Assembly: GCA_002435365.1 (NCBI GenBank)
Contig: DJMM01000008.1
Span: forward strand, 1-46,372
Direction of reading: 5' to 3'
DNA from: Ignavibacteriales bacterium UBA6490
GTDB taxonomy: Bacteria > Bacteroidota > Ignavibacteria > Ignavibacteriales > Ignavibacteriaceae
Length of the DNA: 46,372 nt
This document shows, one piece after another, positions 42,864 to 46,372 of the stretch (position 1 is the first letter of the stretch; each line of letters opens with the position of its first letter). Position numbers and translations under genes: made by a program. The notes beneath the pieces were generated by a model. It was given only the letters and a program-made list of their open reading frames with translations. It made no database searches and was not told where the DNA came from.

Positions 42864-44438
42864 ATGAGTTCTGAATTAAAACGATCAATTCTGGTTATAG
42901 ATGACGATATAACCGTTAGAAAACTTATAGCCTTTCATCTCACAAAAAACAACTATGATGTATTTCCAGCCGCCGGACCACAGGAAGGTTTCGATTATTT
43001 GAACAGGGAAAAAATAGACCTGGTGCTGTGTGATGTATCGATGGAAGAGATGGATGGCTTTACATTCTGCAGGAAAGTACGTGAAAATCAGAATTTCAGA
43101 GCGCTGCCCTTTATTTTTGTTACTGCCCGTACATCCATTGAAGATAAATCCCTGGCCCTTGATGCCGGAGGAGATGATTTAGTAACAAAACCGTTCGATA
43201 TAAATGAACTTATCCTTAAAATTCAGGTGCTTATAAGAAGAACTGATATCTACAAAGTGTACGGGATCAAAAAGAACCTTGAAAAATCATTCAGCCAGCC
43301 TACCCCGCGTGTACTGCTGGTGGATGACGATCCCTCAATGGTCAGGTTGTTTGTATATAATCTTGAAAAAGCAGATTTTGATTGCAGGTTTGCAACCAGC
43401 GCCGACGAGGGATATGCTGTAGCTAAAGAATATCACCCGGATATTATAATATCCGATATAATGATGCCTGAAGTCGATGGGTTTTCTTTCCGTAAAATGC
43501 TTCTTAATGATCATGACCTCAAAAACATTCCTTTCATTTTTCTTACTGCTAAAGGAAGAGAAGATGAAATACTTGATGGTTTTGAAGCGGGAATCAATGA
43601 TTATGTTGTTAAAACAGCAGGACCCCGGGTTGTAGTCGCAAAGGTTAAAGCTATCCTCAAAAGTCTCGGTAAAGAGCGTCAGAAAGTTGTAACAGAGCTT
43701 CATCATGCCGCAGATTCCTTAAGAGTAAAGGTTGTTCCCGATTCCACCCCTTTTATTCATGGTTTTGATATCAGACAGTGGCACCAGTCCTACCAGGGTG
43801 TACCGGGCGGGGACTTTATTGATTATTACAAATTGGATGGAAACAATACGGCAGTAATTCTCGGTGATGTAATGGGTAAGAAATGGGGAGCATGGTATTT
43901 TGCATTTGCTTATGCAGGATATGTGCGGAGTGCGTTGAGAGGGGTATTGCAGAACACTCAAAATTATTCGCCTGCCGGTATACTGCAGAACGTAAATAAA
44001 TCAGTCTATCAGGATGCCAAAATCTCCGAAGTGTTTGCAACAATATCTGTTGTTATCATCGACACTATGAATTCCGTTTTATCATATTCCGGTGCGGGTG
44101 ATCTTCCACTAATTTATAAAGACAGCGTAACAGGAAAGATCGATAAATTTAGTTCAAATGGTTTATTGCTCGGATTTGCTGCCGACGGCAAATATCAGGA
44201 TTTTAACATCAAAATGAACAATGGGGATATTGCTCTTATTGTAACTGACGGTATTACGGAGTCGCGGAACAGAGAGGGCATGCAGTTTGGTTATAACAAA
44301 CTTTATAATATTATTACAAACACTAAACCGGGCGAGGATATAAGTTTAAAAATTAAGCAGGAATTTGAGGAATTTACTTCTACAATATTTGATGACGATG
44401 TCAGCCTGATTTCGATAACGTGCGGGGAGACCAGTTAA
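42864..44438 (+). CDS. Tandem-receiver PP2C (SpoIIE/RsbU-type) serine phosphatase
   Basis: REC1 is ILVIDDD...DLVLCDVSMEEMDG...TKP. REC2 is VLLVDDD...DIIISDIMMPEVDG. The PP2C motifs are GGDFIDYY, LGDVMGKKWGA and LIVTDGITE. Confidence 0.88.
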   Translation: MSSELKRSILVIDDDITVRKLIAFHLTKNNYDVFPAAGPQEGFDYLNREKIDLVLCDVSMEEMDGFTFCRKVRENQNFRALPFIFVTARTSIEDKSLALDAGGDDLVTKPFDINELILKIQVLIRRTDIYKVYGIKKNLEKSFSQPTPRVLLVDDDPSMVRLFVYNLEKADFDCRFATSADEGYAVAKEYHPDIIISDIMMPEVDGFSFRKMLLNDHDLKNIPFIFLTAKGREDEILDGFEAGINDYVVKTAGPRVVVAKVKAILKSLGKERQKVVTELHHAADSLRVKVVPDSTPFIHGFDIRQWHQSYQGVPGGDFIDYYKLDGNNTAVILGDVMGKKWGAWYFAFAYAGYVRSALRGVLQNTQNYSPAGILQNVNKSVYQDAKISEVFATISVVIIDTMNSVLSYSGAGDLPLIYKDSVTGKIDKFSSNGLLLGFAADGKYQDFNIKMNNGDIALIVTDGITESRNREGMQFGYNKLYNIITNTKPGEDISLKIKQEFEEFTSTIFDDDVSLISITCGETS

Positions 44439-45514
44439 AAATCTTCCGTGGCCTGCAGTTTTTCTGTTCTGTCAGCAAGCTTAAGCTGTTCGATTAATCC
44501 TTCAATATCGCCTTCCATAATATTTGCAAGGTTATACAAAGTAAGCCCTATACGGTGATCAGTCACCCTGTTTTGAGGAAAATTGTACGTCCTGATTTTA
44601 TCGCTTCTATCCCCGCTCTTTACCATAGTTTTTCTCTGGGCAGAGAGGCTATCTGTCTGTTCTTTAATTTTAAGATCGTACAATCTGGCCCTCAATACTT
44701 TCATTGCTTTCTGCCTGTTCTTAAGCTGAGATCTTTCATCCTGGCACTGCACTACTATGCCGGTGGGGATATGGGTAATTCTTACTGCAGTTTCCACTTT
44801 GTTTACATTCTGACCTCCGGCACCGCCGGAACGGAAAATATCAATTCTCAGATCGTTTGGATTAATTTCAATCTGTACATCTTCAGCTTCAGGCAAAACT
44901 GCAACGGAAGCTGCGGATGTATGTACACGCCCGCTTCCTTCGGTAAAAGGGACACGCTGAACCCGGTGTACTCCGCTTTCAAATTTAAGTTCGCCATAAA
45001 CGTGATTTCCGCTGATCGAAAAGACTACTTCTTTAATACCCCCTATTCCGGTATCATTCAAATCGATAAGCTCAATTTTCCAGCTCTTTTTTTCACAGAA
45101 CCTTGAATACATCCTGAAAAGATCATTCGCAAAGAGAGCAGCTTCCTCACCACCGGTGCCTGCCCTGATTTCCATAATAACGTCTTTATTATCATCCGGG
45201 TCTTTGGGAAGGAGGAGTAACTTGATCTGATCTTCCAATTCGGACTTCTTCTCCTCAAGCTCTGATAATTCTGATTTTGCCATTGAGGCCAGTTCCTCAT
45301 CCGCGCCGGAGCCGATAATTTCTTTATTGCCTTCGATATTTTTAATTACCGAGGAATATTCCCCGTATACCTGCATAATTTCCGAAAGTTCACTTCTCTC
45401 CCTGCTTAATGATATCATTTTATCACGGTCGTTCATAAACTGAGGATCGGAGAGCTGCTGATTTATTTTATCAAATTTATTCTTAATTCCGTTTAATTTT
45501 TTTATTAAGTCCAT
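44435..45514 (-). CDS. prfA: Peptide chain release factor 1
   Basis: GGQ motif SGGAGGQNVNKVETAVRITHIPTG. Codon-recognition region HRVQRVPFTEGSGRVHTS (PxT-type, so RF1 rather than RF2). 359 aa. Confidence 0.95.
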   Translation of the reverse strand: MDLIKKLNGIKNKFDKINQQLSDPQFMNDRDKMISLSRERSELSEIMQVYGEYSSVIKNIEGNKEIIGSGADEELASMAKSELSELEEKKSELEDQIKLLLLPKDPDDNKDVIMEIRAGTGGEEAALFANDLFRMYSRFCEKKSWKIELIDLNDTGIGGIKEVVFSISGNHVYGELKFESGVHRVQRVPFTEGSGRVHTSAASVAVLPEAEDVQIEINPNDLRIDIFRSGGAGGQNVNKVETAVRITHIPTGIVVQCQDERSQLKNRQKAMKVLRARLYDLKIKEQTDSLSAQRKTMVKSGDRSDKIRTYNFPQNRVTDHRIGLTLYNLANIMEGDIEGLIEQLKLADRTEKLQATEDF

Positions 45515-45535
45515 TTATCTGCTTTTTTTCGAATC

Positions 45536-45543
45536 CAAATATA
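45536..45543 (-). promoter_or_regulatory. Candidate -7 promoter box TATATTTG upstream of prfA
   Basis: The plus-strand CAAATATA is TATATTTG on the minus strand, matching TAnnTTTG about 22 nt upstream of the ATG. No clear -33 element is seen. Confidence 0.3.
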
Positions 45544-45648
45544 AACAACAGAAGAGTGAAAATCTAAGAAACATAGCTTACCTTTGCAGCATCTTTCTTG
45601 AAATTTTAACTTAAACAGAAGAAGTTTGTATAATTACCTGAGGATAAT

Positions 45649-46116
45649 ATGAATACGACACACCAGTTCTTTTATCAAAACGAGGAAAAGCTTCTGAGAA
45701 CAATATTTTTTGCGCTGCTTGCCGGACAGCTGCTGTTCTTTGTTATCGCACTCTTTCTTCAAAAAACATTCAAGCCGGATAGTGACCTTTTAAAAATACT
45801 TGATTACTTGGTGCCCCTTCTTTTGCTAGCTGCCATTTTTCTGTCCGGATTTATTTACAGGCTGATGATATCAAAATCTAAAAAGCTCCCTTTGCGGGAT
45901 AAAATCTCAGGCTACAGATCTTCCGTGATCGTAAGCCTGGCTGTGCTTGAGGCCGCAAACATAATCTCAATTACCGCATTTATGATAACCGGGGAGATTA
46001 TTTATGCTGCTGCTTCATTAATATTATTTCTTCTTTTTATTTTGAGAGCACCGTCCGGCGGGAAATTAATGATGGATCTTGAAATAACGAGTGAGGAGCT
46101 TTCAAAATTTGAATAA
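45649..46116 (+). CDS. Small integral membrane protein (about 4 TM helices), function unknown
   Basis: Four hydrophobic stretches: FFALLAGQLLFFVIALFL, LVPLLLLAAIFLSGFIY, VIVSLAVLEAANIISITAFMI and IIYAAASLILFLLFIL. A GAGGA Shine-Dalgarno-like sequence precedes the ATG. Confidence 0.6.
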   Translation: MNTTHQFFYQNEEKLLRTIFFALLAGQLLFFVIALFLQKTFKPDSDLLKILDYLVPLLLLAAIFLSGFIYRLMISKSKKLPLRDKISGYRSSVIVSLAVLEAANIISITAFMITGEIIYAAASLILFLLFILRAPSGGKLMMDLEITSEELSKFE

Positions 46117-46158
46117 CTACTGTTGCCAGGGCAAAGTACATCTTAGGAAGTGGAAGTG

Positions 46159-46372
46159 TTATAAACTGGAAAGGTATTCAACAATAATATCCTGAACGTC
46201 ACGGTGAAGATCGGCTCCGCCCCTTGAAAATTCAAACATTATACTGATTATTAAATCCTCACCGCTCTGGGTTGCAAGATAACCGGATAATGAAGATACG
46301 CCGTTCAATGTTCCGGTTTTTCCACGGAAATTGCTATCGGCGGGACCGCCGTTGAATCTGTGGCGGAGAGTT
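46159..46372 (-). CDS. dacB: C-terminal fragment of D-alanyl-D-alanine carboxypeptidase/endopeptidase (PBP4, S13 family); the gene starts beyond the right edge
   Basis: Hand translation of the minus strand gives ...TLRHRFNGGPADSNFRGKTGTLNGVSSLSGYLATQSGEDLIISIMFEFSRGG...EYLSSL*. The KTG box followed by LxGVSxLSGY is the PBP4 C-terminal pattern. It is not in the track because it is edge-truncated. Confidence 0.7.
   Translation of the reverse strand, partial: TLRHRFNGGPADSNFRGKTGTLNGVSSLSGYLATQSGEDLIISIMFEFSRGGADLHRDVQDIIVEYLSSL

Noticed and set aside
1-46372. A search for CRISPR arrays, rRNA/tRNA genes, transposases, integrases, IS inverted repeats, prophage genes, toxin-antitoxin pairs and known defence genes (nucleases, helicases, reverse transcriptases, methyltransferases).
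   Set aside because: None was found by eye. The only repeats are the 11-bp array at 1126-1199 and the 12-nt pair at 14547-14580, and no ORF carries motifs of those families.

Overview
This is a 46.4-kb, AT-rich, densely coded chromosomal segment, analysed by eye only: no searches were run, and every family call comes from motifs I recognise in the supplied or hand-made translations. Three things place it in the FCB group, plausibly Ignavibacteriota or Bacteroidota-like (inference): T9SS C-terminal sorting domains, a PorV/PorQ-type barrel with a CarboxypepD_reg-type TonB receptor, and TAnnTTTG promoter boxes. Confident housekeeping genes are clpX, a mitochondrial-type aconitase, hflX, prfA and the C-terminal fragment of a PBP4 (dacB-like) gene at the right edge. 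Confident accessory genes are a C1 peptidase, a POT peptide transporter, an EVE-domain protein, an enolase-superfamily OSBS/NAAAR enzyme, a saccharopine-dehydrogenase-like enzyme and an M14 carboxypeptidase. The most interesting stretch is a co-directional minus-strand block (about 17.4-32.1 kb). It encodes an M20 peptidase, a signal-peptide-bearing cyanophycinase, a YfcC carrier, two paralogous T9SS cargo proteins of unknown function, an RpiR regulator, a TonB-dependent receptor, a 914-aa FN3/CTD protein and a PorV/PorQ-like barrel. I read it as a candidate PUL-like locus for an extracellular non-carbohydrate polymer (cyanophycin or peptide) that lacks SusD. Two other multi-gene modules are present. 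One is a BatA-like/DUF4159/DUF4175-like envelope cluster with hflX embedded and no MoxR/DUF58 in view. The other is a four-gene operon joining a PAS histidine kinase, a sigma-54 activator, a STAS antagonist and a REC-REC-PP2C phosphatase, with no partner-switching kinase visible. Non-coding observations are an 11-bp phased tandem repeat with GATC sites in a divergent promoter, a 683-bp structured gap after aconitase (tandem terminators, two mutually exclusive helices, a 12-nt direct repeat), a 16-bp perfect palindrome abutting the M20 start codon, and a 13-bp hairpin between the two halves of the minus-strand block. I found no CRISPR array, tRNA or rRNA gene, transposase, integrase or recognisable defence gene.
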